From Epithemia pelagica (taxonomy: Eukaryota > Protista > Bacillariophyta), in contig OX337229.1 in assembly GCA_946965045.2 (NCBI GenBank), positions 1,116,001 through 1,180,000 on the forward strand: a stretch of DNA of 64,000 nucleotides, written 5' to 3'. Below are positions 1 through 10,413 of the stretch, piece after piece. Numbering within the stretch: position 1 is the first letter of the stretch; every line of letters begins with the position of its first letter. The notes under the pieces were generated by a model that searched no databases, was not told the origin of the DNA, and was given only the letters and a program-made list of their open reading frames with translations. The translations under genes were made by a program, and so were the position numbers.

Positions 1-1336
1 CCGTATACGAAAAGATATCACCGTTACCAATCACTGGGATTTGTGGGGATGAGTCCACTTGGCTTTGGGCGACTTTCTGGATATATTCCCAGTTTGCCTC
101 TTTGGAATAACGCTGCAGTCTCGAGCGCCCATGAACCATGACGGCTCCAATCCCTCCTGTATTCCATTCTTGAATCTTACGTACAAGATCATGGGCAAAC
201 GGCTTGGCCATGTCCCAACCAGTTCGCATTTTGATAGTGACAGGGCACGACAAGGTGCTTGTTATCGCTGCCACTGTGCTTTTCAGGTTCTTGTCTCGTT
301 TCATCAGTGCAGCGCCTGCCCCTTTATCACAGACCAGATCTAGCGGACAACCAAGATTCAGATCCACAAAATCGACATTCATTTCTGCTTCAATTACTTC
401 GGCAACACGTCCAAACTGATCCGGATAACCTCCAGCAATTTGCACTCCGAATATATCTTCTTCATGGTGCCTCTTGAGGAGTGCCCACTCGGACGGTTGC
501 CCTTGAATCAGATTCGTGCAAAGTGCCATTTCTCCACATGTGATATCTGCTCCAAACTTTTTCATAATCCTACGAAATGGCAAATTCCCAACTGTCGTCA
601 AGGGTGCAACATACACTTTATTTGAAAAATCGATGAGTTTTCGCGTCGTCGGCAATGGAGACAAAGATGGAGCCTGACTGGGTTGGTCCTCCGGTTTTTG
701 AGGCTTTTCGGAATTATTGTGTCGCTGTGTTTTAAAAGGATATTTCTTCTTTCGAAGTTGTACAACGGTGTCTCTGTTCAAAGCGTTCATAACCTCTGGA
801 GGAGGATTCTCGGGAAGAGGATTCATGTCAAGGTTTTCACCCGTTGCCATATTCAAGTGTGATTCGCCCAACCGGCAGTTGACGCCAAATGGGCAATGGC
901 CTCGTAAACGATAGATCGGACACCCACCCTCCACCTGACTGATGCCCGGTTGTCGAGTGGCCATGAATTCTTTCACATTATGTGAATATAAACACTTTTC
1001 TCCATACTGACACTCAGTACCTCGAATGACAGAGATACAAATCTTTTGATCCGGTGTTATGCGATTATCACGAGGACGCTTCTTTTTGTTGTTTCTCCCT
1101 TTCTTCTCTGGTTCCTCCACAGGTTCCACCCGCAACGGTGGCAACGACGGAGCGCGGCTCTGCATTACAAAATCCTTCTTGACATGCACCGAATATGCAT
1201 CGTAACGATCTTTCTTCGGCGATGATGATGTTTCGACCTTATCATTCTTGGACACCGTTGTCTCCACCTCAGAGCTCGCAGGTGTCGAATCCGGATTCGA
1301 CGAAGGTTTAGGTTTCGTGTCCTCAATTTCCGCCAT
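1..1336 (-). CDS. DUS3: tRNA-dihydrouridine(47) synthase 3-like, 3'-truncated by the window edge
   Basis: Manual minus-strand translation from ATG at 1336 (absent from the ORF track because it runs off the window): CCCH-type fingers (CISVIRGTECQYGEKCLYSH; GCPIYRLRGHCPFGVNCRLGESH), then KLIDFSNKVYVAPLTTVGNLPFRR, FGVQIAG, VDLNLGCP, VTIKMRTGW, all typical of Dus3. Confidence 0.93.
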   Translation of the reverse strand, partial: MAEIEDTKPKPSSNPDSTPASSEVETTVSKNDKVETSSSPKKDRYDAYSVHVKKDFVMQSRAPSLPPLRVEPVEEPEKKGRNNKKKRPRDNRITPDQKICISVIRGTECQYGEKCLYSHNVKEFMATRQPGISQVEGGCPIYRLRGHCPFGVNCRLGESHLNMATGENLDMNPLPENPPPEVMNALNRDTVVQLRKKKYPFKTQRHNNSEKPQKPEDQPSQAPSLSPLPTTRKLIDFSNKVYVAPLTTVGNLPFRRIMKKFGADITCGEMALCTNLIQGQPSEWALLKRHHEEDIFGVQIAGGYPDQFGRVAEVIEAEMNVDFVDLNLGCPLDLVCDKGAGAALMKRDKNLKSTVAAITSTLSCPVTIKMRTGWDMAKPFAHDLVRKIQEWNTGGIGAVMVHGRSRLQRYSKEANWEYIQKVAQSQVDSSPQIPVIGNGDIFSYT

Positions 1337-1568
1337 GGTGAATGAAAGTGGTTTCTCGATCTAAAATCTAAACAGTAAGAGGGGTGGACGTGAGCTAGTC
1401 CGGAAGACGGACAGGCATCGTGGCATTCCCGTTTCAATCGGTGAAGCGGGAATGGAGGCTAGGCGAAAAATGCGACCGAAAAATGCGTCGAGTGTGGACA
1501 CGTGGAGCATCGCTCCACAAACATCAACGCATCCGTTCCCCACAAAAACGAAAAGTGTGGTCACCACC

Positions 1569-2420
1569 ATGACAATAGGACGCAACAAACAGGTTCTTAG
1601 ATGGAGGCTTCTGCTCCTCCTGGCGCTATGTTTCATGAATATAGTGATAGGACAAGTGGATGTGGTGATAGATGATGTACCAGAAGATATTCCCTTGTCG
1701 TCCGAAGATGCGGCGATGCCACTGGACGAGGGAGCCAATGAGACTGAGACCACAACAACCGAACCAGAGGAAGCAACAATTCAGGTGAATGATTATCTCG
1801 AAACACTAGACAATGAAGCGCTTCGGGCAATATGTGAAGACCGGGGTTTTGATGTAATACCACGAAAGGATGGTCTACCCTTGGAGCGATCTGACTTTTT
1901 GGAAGCGGCCCGTCGCTGTTTAAGCTTGGAGGACGAAATGAATGCAATTTTGGCGCAGAATCCTGATCTCGCGGCAGAATTGGAGGCAGAAATTGCCCGT
2001 ATGCACCAACACAAGCAACGATTGGAAGGAGAACGAGAAAAACTGCTGGCCGAGAAAGCTCGTCTCGAAGAACAGCTCGAACAGGCTGGTGTCGAACTCC
2101 TGGAGGCAAGCAGAACGAACAATGCAAAGAATCTATCGCCTGTGCTCAAGAAAGCGCCAGAAGATATGACGTTCAAGGAGGTTCTGATTGAGACGTTTTC
2201 ACAACTGTACGATCGAGTTCGACTGGATGTGGAGTTTGCGTGGAAATTTCTCGGACCAGTGTTGCGACCCTTGAAAGGAGCCCTTCAGCTCTTGTGGCGA
2301 TATTGCCGACCACATGTCATGACATTGTGGGAAGAAGCTGTGAAACGAGCGAAGCAGATCTTTGGTTCGGCAAAAAATAAAGTTGACCAAGTGCTTGCCA
2401 ATCGAGACAATCCGTTCTAG
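1569..2420 (+). CDS. Uncharacterised signal-peptide protein with acidic N-terminus, SAP/HeH-like motif and coiled coil
   Basis: ORF 1452..2420; likely ATG 1569 precedes a hydrophobic signal (WRLLLLLALCFMNIVIG). LETLDNEALRAICEDRGFD resembles a SAP/HeH helix pair; long heptad region follows. Confidence 0.7.
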   Translation: MTIGRNKQVLRWRLLLLLALCFMNIVIGQVDVVIDDVPEDIPLSSEDAAMPLDEGANETETTTTEPEEATIQVNDYLETLDNEALRAICEDRGFDVIPRKDGLPLERSDFLEAARRCLSLEDEMNAILAQNPDLAAELEAEIARMHQHKQRLEGEREKLLAEKARLEEQLEQAGVELLEASRTNNAKNLSPVLKKAPEDMTFKEVLIETFSQLYDRVRLDVEFAWKFLGPVLRPLKGALQLLWRYCRPHVMTLWEEAVKRAKQIFGSAKNKVDQVLANRDNPF

Positions 2421-2430
2421 ACATGTTGTG

Positions 2431-2880
2431 TTAATACTTCTTTTCTTCCTTTGGCAATGGGTTCCACACACCCTTGACAACTCTCTTGATTCCTCCAGGA
2501 CTTGCCACAGCAATTTTTCCAAGGCCAACAAGAGTAATGGCACTAAGACCGAAAATAGCAAATCTAGCGGGCCCCAAAAGGGCCTTGGAAATCTTGGGTA
2601 CGTAGTCCGTGGCAACATAGTTGAGACCGATATGAGAATGCGCAGTAATGTTGACAGCCAGAAGGGCACCAAATAGCTTGTTGACAAACCCGTCCGTGTA
2701 TGAGTCGGGAACAGCAAAGTAGAGAGGACTCATGACCGCCAGACCAAGGGTCATACCATGATGAACGCGGGTCGACAAAGGACCCACATCGCTCTGCAAT
2801 GGAGAGGATGAGAAACTTCGCTGGTTGATACGGCAAATCAATCGTCGTGCCGCGATGGCGCCAGACCAAGAACGTATCAT
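2431..2880 (-). CDS. SDH4: Succinate dehydrogenase cytochrome b small subunit (CybS)
   Basis: Arg/Ser-rich mitochondrial presequence from ATG 2880; three hydrophobic helices; heme/quinone motif AHSHIGLNYVATDYVP. Confidence 0.88.
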   Translation of the reverse strand: MIRSWSGAIAARRLICRINQRSFSSSPLQSDVGPLSTRVHHGMTLGLAVMSPLYFAVPDSYTDGFVNKLFGALLAVNITAHSHIGLNYVATDYVPKISKALLGPARFAIFGLSAITLVGLGKIAVASPGGIKRVVKGVWNPLPKEEKKY

Positions 2881-3306
2881 GGTGATGCTGACGATTCGAT
2901 TCGTTGTTTGGTTGTTGCTGTCTGCTGTCGTGTATCCCTGTTCGAAAACAGGCAACAGCGCAATGCGAAGAATTTTTTTCTTGTCTCTTGTTGCCGTTGC
3001 AGCAGATGGCGAAGAAGCGAAAATCTGAACTATAGCCCCGCATTACTGTTATGAAAATAGTACCGACTATTCTACTATCGATCTTATTGTACCAAAAAGA
3101 TCCAAAGATCCAACATCTCCACAGAGTAGAGATCGCTTTTTCACACCATGGGATCTCAAATCTCAATGAGATCACGACGGGCTCTGGCCATGGAAACATG
3201 CGAGTGCGATCACATGGACCTGGAATCAGTCAGACAGTTCACGGGGGAAAGAATTTCCTGCTGCTGATGTTAGACCATAAACTAGTAAACTTTCGGACAT
3301 TTTTGT

Positions 3307-3726
3307 CTACGAAGGCACGATGCCTGCTTTTCGCTTTCGTTCGTCCACTAAATCTTGAAATTTGGATTCTCCGTAGCCATAGAGAGTCATGAGTGGAAGG
3401 CATAATATGATTCCATTGATTGGTCTGCGTTGATAGATGGTACCCAACAAGGCACCCGCCGCTGTTCCTGCAATGGAATGAGAGGCAAGTAACACATAAA
3501 GACGTGGAATACTCTCGTTCCTTGTTCCGATCACCCTTGTAATGCCAGAAAACGCCAGTCGTTCGGCGCTGAAACACACTAAGCCCACAATCCCACAAGA
3601 CAGTGCCGTAAGACGGGCGGATGGACCCTGTAAGTGTCCTCGTACACTGGCTTGCATATAACCCCAGAGTCCTCCCGCTGCCGCCGACACGACCACACGG
3701 TTTGCGACATGCTCGGCTGGATTCAT
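3307..3726 (-). CDS. Small Gly/Ala-rich multi-pass membrane protein, possibly Tim17/Tim22 family
   Basis: 139-aa ATG ORF with about four GxxxG-rich hydrophobic segments (SAAAGGLWG; SIAGTAAGALLG) and a basic C-terminus; family call is only pattern similarity. Confidence 0.55.
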   Translation of the reverse strand: MNPAEHVANRVVVSAAAGGLWGYMQASVRGHLQGPSARLTALSCGIVGLVCFSAERLAFSGITRVIGTRNESIPRLYVLLASHSIAGTAAGALLGTIYQRRPINGIILCLPLMTLYGYGESKFQDLVDERKRKAGIVPS

Positions 3727-4346
3727 TTGCTGTGAAAGATTGTCAGTTCACAGTTGGCTACTGCTTTACGCAAGATGATACAGCGGAGGTAAGATGTCGA
3801 CACTCAGTCTCGAACTTTCCTGCTTGTCTTTTCGCTCTATTTTGTGTCGGTGCTGGTTCAGAGTTCAGGAAACGGATAACGGATGGCCAATGTTCGAAAC
3901 CCTAAACCCTGTTGCATTACGAGTAGCTATCTTCTCCTCCAAATTCCAATCGAGATCCGATTTTCAGATCAAACGACCAAAAATTCAAACTTTAAGTAGT
4001 GTATATCGACCGTATTCATTTCTCCCCAGTCTTGTTGCGCGTTGGACGAGATATCATTATTATTAAAGCCACATTTCTCCTGGTGGCAGGTCCGGACCTT
4101 GGGGCAATATTGATCTCGTCTGATGCGTCTTCAAACAGGACTCAGACGGATACGAACGGAAAACGGTCGGCAACGCGGGCATCAAAATCCCTATTTGGGG
4201 GTCCGCGCCCACAGTCGGAATCCCGTTTGGACCACATTATGGTTTGCCTAATTGTGAGAATGGACAAATAAGCAAATACCTTAGAAAGAAACCAAATCGA
4301 CACAAGGCCTTCTCTTCATTCCCCTGGCCTGGTGCTGTACAAGCAA

Positions 4347-6083
4347 ATGATGAGACCAAGATCGATGATCCATTCCACAATGTTACTCATGCTTGTGGTC
4401 TATATCCGTATTTCTGTTTGCATTCATGTAGCAGGAGCGATTGCGACTGATCGAAGTTCATTTTTCGAACACGATCTTGAACTTCCGTCGAAGGTGGATG
4501 CTGATCGGTACCTGTCCCAGCACTCTAGCGAACAACACACGGATCAAAGAAGGACTTCAGGTATTGTGGGAACGCTGAGTGCAGTATGGCTGGACGCCGC
4601 ACAAGAATCGGATGCCACCGAGTCCCATGCACGTAAATGTAAAGATGCAGAGAGTGGTATGATTGTTGAATTGCAGTACCCGTGTACCTGGTTGCCTGGA
4701 AAGTGGAAAAGCAAAAAGAAATCCTCCCATTCATGGAGCGACTATGAATACAAAGGAAAGAAAGATAAATACAAGACGCCGTATTGTACTCAAGAGGACC
4801 TTGCGATTTGCATGCCATCTCCCACCGCCCCATCCCCTGACCCTACGCCTAAAGAAACCCCCACTCCAAACGCCCAAACCCCTTCAGATCCTCCGCAAAC
4901 GAGACCTGAGGAACCGGACCCCTACTGTACACAAATTGCAGCCGGTACGGGCCAACGGGGGACGTACACAGAGGAATTCATGATCGAGGTTTCTCTCTAT
5001 TCCGAGGCGACCATGGTTGACGCAGACTTGACCACATTTCAAAGCATTGTTCAGGCATTTTCTGCTCGTGCTGTGAATTGCCGTGTTGATACGAAGACAG
5101 TTCTTGCAGACATGCAGAAAGTTCGTTATCTCCCCGAAGAACGTGACGTGGAGACCATTTCTGTGAAGAAGTATGAGGTGATGGGCACCGAGGAAGGAGG
5201 TAGGTCTGGAATGACAAAAGGTCGCTGTTTCATTTTTATCGCTCACCTTGCTGTTTGACATGTTCCCACGGCAGATGATTGCATGCCTGCCAATTTTTGT
5301 ACATTTGGTTTTTTTTCTGTCCATGCAACGGGAAACAACGAAGATGCCCTGAAAACGTTCCCTCCTGTTTTTGTGGACACTATCGACAAGAGCCTAACAG
5401 GAAGCGTTCTGGATTTTTTGAACTTTGGGATTGGTGAATTCCGCATCGTCGAAGCTGGTGTTGGGACAAACGATAATGGAGAGAGTGGCCGGCCCGCTGA
5501 CGTGAATGCAGTGTTTGGAGATCCTTCTCCTCCTCCTGGAGACTCATCGCTCAATACGGGCCCAATTTTATTGGTGATATTTTCAGGTCTGGCCGTTTTT
5601 GTGATTTTCATTCTTGCAATGAATCGCAAACATGTCCGCTCCATGGCCGACAAGATCACACGAAATACGACAATGATGGATGACGAGTACGAGGAAATGA
5701 CGACGGATGCGGATGAGACGGACGAAGCCCCGTCACGACACATCGCGCGCATCCTGGGTGATGCCGGTGACGAGGGCAGTTGGCAGGGGGATAAAAGCGA
5801 GGGTGTTGCACCGCCTGTATATACAGCTGTCGTGGATGAAAACGGATTTCCAACCGCTATTGAGGTGGAACAAAATGGCAAACCAATTTACAGCTACCCT
5901 AACACTAACACTATGCACCGACTCGATGAAACCTGCAACAACCCTTCCTGTCAGCTTTGTCAGAAAAAACTCAAGACGACGGTGTTTATAAGCTCAAACG
6001 ATGACCAGAACGGCCAATACCAAAATGCTTCTCGGATGCTGGCAGAACGGAACTACTTGGCAGAGGACACCGTGTTGTTGTAG
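4347..6083 (+). CDS. Uncharacterised type I single-pass membrane protein (2 exons)
   Basis: ORFs 4332..5258 and 5283..6083 join in frame via a GT-AG intron at 5200-5274 (EEG|DDCMP). Signal peptide, Cys-containing ectodomain, Pro/Thr stalk, TM helix ILLVIFSGLAVFVIFILAM, acidic tail with H/C motif. Confidence 0.8.
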
Positions 6084-6247
6084 TGCGTTTGTCGTCTCTT
6101 GAACCTCGGCCACTGAAACAGCTTCTCATGTACGTCCAACTCTTCAGCTTCCCAGAGTCTCCGCGCGAGTTTGGAGTCGGATCTGCATATGCTTTAACTA
6201 GATCCGAAAAGACCATTTCCGATTGCTGTGAATGAACCAAGATCTTC

Positions 6248-7813
6248 TCATTTTCTCCCAACGGCTGGTCTTCCTCGCGGCTTTTCAAGTTTCGCCCCAG
6301 TATGGCTTCCGATGGGTGCTTCCTTTGGATTCGATGTCGAAAGGCTATTTCCCAGGGCTGCGGCCGAACTATCTGGAGCGGCTTGCTCTTGATCTTCCCT
6401 GTAATCGGAGGGCAAATAATCTTGCACGGAAAAAATCTCGGATGAAGAGATTTGATGTGTTTGTCCCCATGCCATGCTCTCGTTGTCGCTTTTAGTCTCG
6501 TAAGAACCATAGGGAGAGACGACAGCAATGCAACGCACACGAACGTCCACTTCATCACCTTGGTCGAAGGAAGATAAAAGGATGCCAACGTTTAACATTT
6601 GTGAAGCTAGCCACCCGACGAGATCTCCTTTATGGAATGAAACAGATTGAAGCGAGGAGGACCCCTTGTTGCTTGCTCGTATAGTGAACCCATCGATATG
6701 CGTTTCATCAAATATAGAATCAGCAGAATTAGTTTCTTTTGTCGAAGTCTGTGCTGCTTTCTTCTTTTTTGCTGTATCATTCGTTGGACTCCATGCATCA
6801 GCTCGTTGTTCCACAAGAAATCCTTTACACAGCTCGGTGGAGGCCTCCCAACCTGGTTTAGGACGTTTGAGTCCTCGTTTGCCTGTTTGTGAAGAAGAAT
6901 GGGGTTTATCTGTTGAGGCCGTTGAGTCCATGGCAGTATTGTTGCTCGAGAGATGCTGTTCTTTGGCGTTGCTATGACTCGACTGCTCTGCGAAAGCCAG
7001 CAGCAGTTTGGTTTGTCGGCGAGTTTGATGAGGACATTCTAACTCGTAGTGACCGGTGTCGAAGCATACACCACACTGCCTGAAATGAGCATTAACAGAT
7101 GAAAAGTAAAAGGGAGGAGATTTTGTACCGGCTTCTATTACTTTCGAGGATGCAAGGGAAGTCTGAGTTTTTTCTTGTTGATTATTTTTCTCCCTGGCAG
7201 GCAATTGACCAGCAACCCAGCGTGAAACGCAGGCGACAGAGCACTCATTGAATCTCAAGGTAAAAGAGCGAACGCCACTTGTAGACTTATCAGGTTGGCT
7301 TTTCTTTGGATGCCGACTACGTTGTTGGTGCAGCGATCGGATGCTTTGTTCCAGTCCTTCAATCGACCTCGACACGAGGGACGGTCTTGGATTGGAAATA
7401 AATTTATTCTTTCTCGTTGACCGAGTCTCTAGATCCGACAAGAGATGTGGAACTTTGGACATAATTCCTTCCAGCTCCTCACCCCACGTGGGAGACGATT
7501 CGGATTGTTGTTTGGGGTAACGTTCGGAGAAGCAGTTCAAGGCAGTGGTAAAGTTTTGTTTTACAATCGAGCCAGTCTCATGCTCACCAGTGCCCACATT
7601 GTCATGAAAGAATTGCCTCCGAGCTTCAATCACAGAAAAATCAAGCAGCGGCTCTTCCTCATCGCAAATTGTCGGAGGACTTGTATTGTCTAGGTCTACC
7701 GGCTCCATTTCTCCATCGTCCGCCATTGGGCCTGCTGATGCCGACTTGCAATCTGCTTCCGCTTCTTCTGTAGCGGGAGGCGAGCATGGTGTTGCATCAT
7801 CTATTGTTCCCAT
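6248..7813 (-). CDS. Uncharacterised low-complexity protein with one CCHC zinc knuckle
   Basis: 521-aa ATG ORF containing CGVCFDTGHYELEC (C-x2-C-x4-H-x4-C) and basic NLS-like patches. Confidence 0.72.
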   Translation of the reverse strand: MGTIDDATPCSPPATEEAEADCKSASAGPMADDGEMEPVDLDNTSPPTICDEEEPLLDFSVIEARRQFFHDNVGTGEHETGSIVKQNFTTALNCFSERYPKQQSESSPTWGEELEGIMSKVPHLLSDLETRSTRKNKFISNPRPSLVSRSIEGLEQSIRSLHQQRSRHPKKSQPDKSTSGVRSFTLRFNECSVACVSRWVAGQLPAREKNNQQEKTQTSLASSKVIEAGTKSPPFYFSSVNAHFRQCGVCFDTGHYELECPHQTRRQTKLLLAFAEQSSHSNAKEQHLSSNNTAMDSTASTDKPHSSSQTGKRGLKRPKPGWEASTELCKGFLVEQRADAWSPTNDTAKKKKAAQTSTKETNSADSIFDETHIDGFTIRASNKGSSSLQSVSFHKGDLVGWLASQMLNVGILLSSFDQGDEVDVRVRCIAVVSPYGSYETKSDNESMAWGQTHQISSSEIFSVQDYLPSDYREDQEQAAPDSSAAALGNSLSTSNPKEAPIGSHTGAKLEKPRGRPAVGRK

Positions 7814-7864
7814 GAAACACAGCGATTATTGGCTGCAGTGACCTTCAATTCTCACTTTCTAATA

Positions 7865-7954
7865 TTGTTTCGCAATGGTTTTTGTCAGTTGATCCTCCCA
7901 TGTTACTCCTATGAGTATGTTTCTTGTTTCGCAATAGTTTTTGTCAGTTGATCC
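7865..7954 (+). repeat. 31-bp direct repeat (2 copies, 1 mismatch) in a divergent promoter
   Basis: ttgtttcgcaat(g/a)gtttttgtcagttgatcc at 7865-7895 and 7924-7954. Confidence 0.85.
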
Positions 7955-8249
7955 GGCGATCGGGAGTTGTTGGAGGTGGGATTCGCGCGACTGAGAATCC
8001 CGAATACCACGCGGTAGACCTCGATGGAGAATCTAATTCTACATAAAATCATCGAGTTGAAATGCGATTAAGACGCTCGAGAGTCGTTATGGTCGCTCTT
8101 TTTGTCGCGATTCGCCATTTTTCGTCCAAAAATCGGATTCAACATTCAATCACAACACAATCCGAACATTGTTCCTTCGACGGCCCTCTTTGATCTTTGA
8201 TTGTTTGATTGCATTCAAAAATAGCCACCCGCTCCAAATTGAAGAGAAA

Positions 8250-9002
8250 ATGGTCTCCAACTCAAATGGAAACGAATCTAAAACCGTCACAATTGAATGG
8301 AACCGTGATACGGGCCGCTCCCTTTTGGAGCTCGTCCAAGCCGCGTTTCCCAATGAGACGCCCCTTCAATCGTCATCGATTGACGATGTAACGATTATGT
8401 TATCCTCACCTGGCTGTTACAATCCAATGGATTTGGCCGCTTTGGTACCGTTCTTGTGTCGGACGGCCAAAATTCACGTGTCCATGGATCCCAGCAACAA
8501 AAGCGTTCAGGACGTTCGTACCTCTTTCGTCTTGGCCGGGTTCCAGTCTCAGTCCGAAAAACGAGAAACCAATCAAATGATCCTTTCCGCCTGTCGCATG
8601 GACACGACCTCCAACAACTTCAAAGCCGCTCCTATTCAAATTTCCAATGTGAATGATGCCGTTCTTGTGGGCGACACGGATGACGATATAATCGATGAAG
8701 ATGATTTGTTGCTCTCGGATGCCAGCAATATGATCAAGCCTCCCTCGGCTATGAGCGATGCCAAGGCATCTCTCGATGACTGTGCCGGTCGAGAGCCCTG
8801 TGCCGATTGTACGTGTGGACGAGCATCAGAAAATAAGAAACCATCCGCCGATGGCACCACCAAGGAACCGATTAAATCATCGGCTTGTGGAAATTGTGGA
8901 CTGGGCGATGCCTTTCGATGTGCGTCATGCCCCTATTTGGGAAAACCGGCATTCAAACCTGGAGAAGAGCACTTGGTACTGGACCTGAAAGATGATTTGT
9001 AA
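8250..9002 (+). CDS. DRE2: Anamorsin / Fe-S cluster assembly protein DRE2 (CIAPIN1)
   Basis: C-terminal Fe-S motifs [15 protein letters not shown] and [29 protein letters not shown]; likely ATG 8250. Confidence 0.95.
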   Translation: MVSNSNGNESKTVTIEWNRDTGRSLLELVQAAFPNETPLQSSSIDDVTIMLSSPGCYNPMDLAALVPFLCRTAKIHVSMDPSNKSVQDVRTSFVLAGFQSQSEKRETNQMILSACRMDTTSNNFKAAPIQISNVNDAVLVGDTDDDIIDEDDLLLSDASNMIKPPSAMSDAKASLDDCAGREPCADCTCGRASENKKPSADGTTKEPIKSSACGNCGLGDAFRCASCPYLGKPAFKPGEEHLVLDLKDDL

Positions 9003-9194
9003 ATAATGTTGATTTATAAAATACATGCATTTACGTAGACAACCCCCACAGTTAGTGATTTTTAAAACTTTCTTCTTGAACCCATTCACTTTACTGAACT
9101 CTAGCCGGAGTTAACGAATCTTACTGGATGGTTCATAAATATCTGCCCGAAGATGAGGAGACCAGTACAACTGATCCTCAGAAAAAGAGAGAAC

Positions 9195-10133
9195 CTAATT
9201 CTCTTCGACTTGGAACAGACGCTTGAGGCCACTCCATTGGGGAGGAAGGTTGGGATATTCGCTGTTTGTTGATGAACTGTCTTTTGTTCCATTATTTGTT
9301 GCATCCAATTGGATTTGCCACACATCGCAATTGCCAAACTTGAAATCCAGATTCAGCATGGACTTGAAAAATTGCGAATGTCCTACGCAGACAATATTGG
9401 TTTCGGGTTGGGAGGCCAACCATACTTCGAGATTTTTAATGCGACGCCACATGGATCCTGTATTTCCCGGAATCCATTCCGACGGTTGTCGTTCCAAAAG
9501 GTACTCCAATTCCACCACTCGTTGGTCTCGTTCGGCCTGGAGAATCTCTGCCGTGACAGTTCCCGTCACTGTCTTTGTGCTGTTGGTGATAGTATTGGTG
9601 CAGTCCAATAGACCTGCAGCCGTATCCCGTGCCCGTTCCAGAGGACTGTGTGCGACCAATTGGATGCCATGTTTTTCAAAGAAATTGGATTGCTCCAGTT
9701 GTCGAGCGACGTTGGTCACCTGCGCTCTCCCGTCTTGTGACAAGGGCGTATCGATTTGGCCTGTGATATGTAAAAGTTCCATCGATGACGACACGTCCTT
9801 TCCGGATGGCATGGAGAAGCTCATCATGGAATACCCAATGTTGCGCAAGCTCGATAATCGACGATTTTCTTCGGATTCGGCATGTCGCACCAGGTACACC
9901 GTCTTGACCGAGGAGGACTGACCATTGTTGCTCGAGTTTGCCTCGCTCATGGCACGTGAATTCGTCGTAGTAGTATCAGCTGTGATGTGATCACCTTGCA
10001 AGGACGACAAAGAGGGTCGTGAAGATGCGTAAAAGACACTGGTACCAATCGAAACACTAAACAAGAGGCAAATAGCAACTCCCGAGAGCCACCTTCCGAG
10101 ATAGATCCAAGCTGAAATGGAAGCTGTTGGCAT
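9195..10133 (-). CDS. Histidine phosphatase / phosphoglycerate mutase family protein
   Basis: VYLVRHAES catalytic motif, DTPLS, AHSPLERARDTA, VCVGHS. Start is ATG 10133 (with a hydrophobic extension) or ATG 9950. Confidence 0.88.
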   Translation of the reverse strand: MPTASISAWIYLGRWLSGVAICLLFSVSIGTSVFYASSRPSLSSLQGDHITADTTTTNSRAMSEANSSNNGQSSSVKTVYLVRHAESEENRRLSSLRNIGYSMMSFSMPSGKDVSSSMELLHITGQIDTPLSQDGRAQVTNVARQLEQSNFFEKHGIQLVAHSPLERARDTAAGLLDCTNTITNSTKTVTGTVTAEILQAERDQRVVELEYLLERQPSEWIPGNTGSMWRRIKNLEVWLASQPETNIVCVGHSQFFKSMLNLDFKFGNCDVWQIQLDATNNGTKDSSSTNSEYPNLPPQWSGLKRLFQVEEN

Positions 10134-10413
10134 GAACAACTCTGAAAGCTTTGTGTGTCCAGAGTCCCGAAGTTATGAACCCTTCTTTAGATCAAAGACG
10201 AAGACGACGATGGACTTTGAGTTGTATGTTGTAGATGATGTTGTTATGTTATGGCCGTTGCCAATGCTGCCTGCGACTGACTCGCGTCTTGCGTCGAGCA
10301 TGCGCGCAAACAATAGGGTCGAGCCCCACAGATCTTCCCAGCACGGATCCAAGAAAGATCTTGCGACTCGACGGGCCTCATTTTTCGCGAATCTTTTTGT
10401 CGAAGATGCAACC

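Noticed and set aside
59-914. Several short + strand ORFs
   Set aside because: Antisense shadows of the DUS3 coding sequence on the minus strand.
5986-6588. 200-aa minus ORF with a signal-like start
   Set aside because: Overlaps the zinc-knuckle gene out of frame and the + gene antisense; no recognisable motif.
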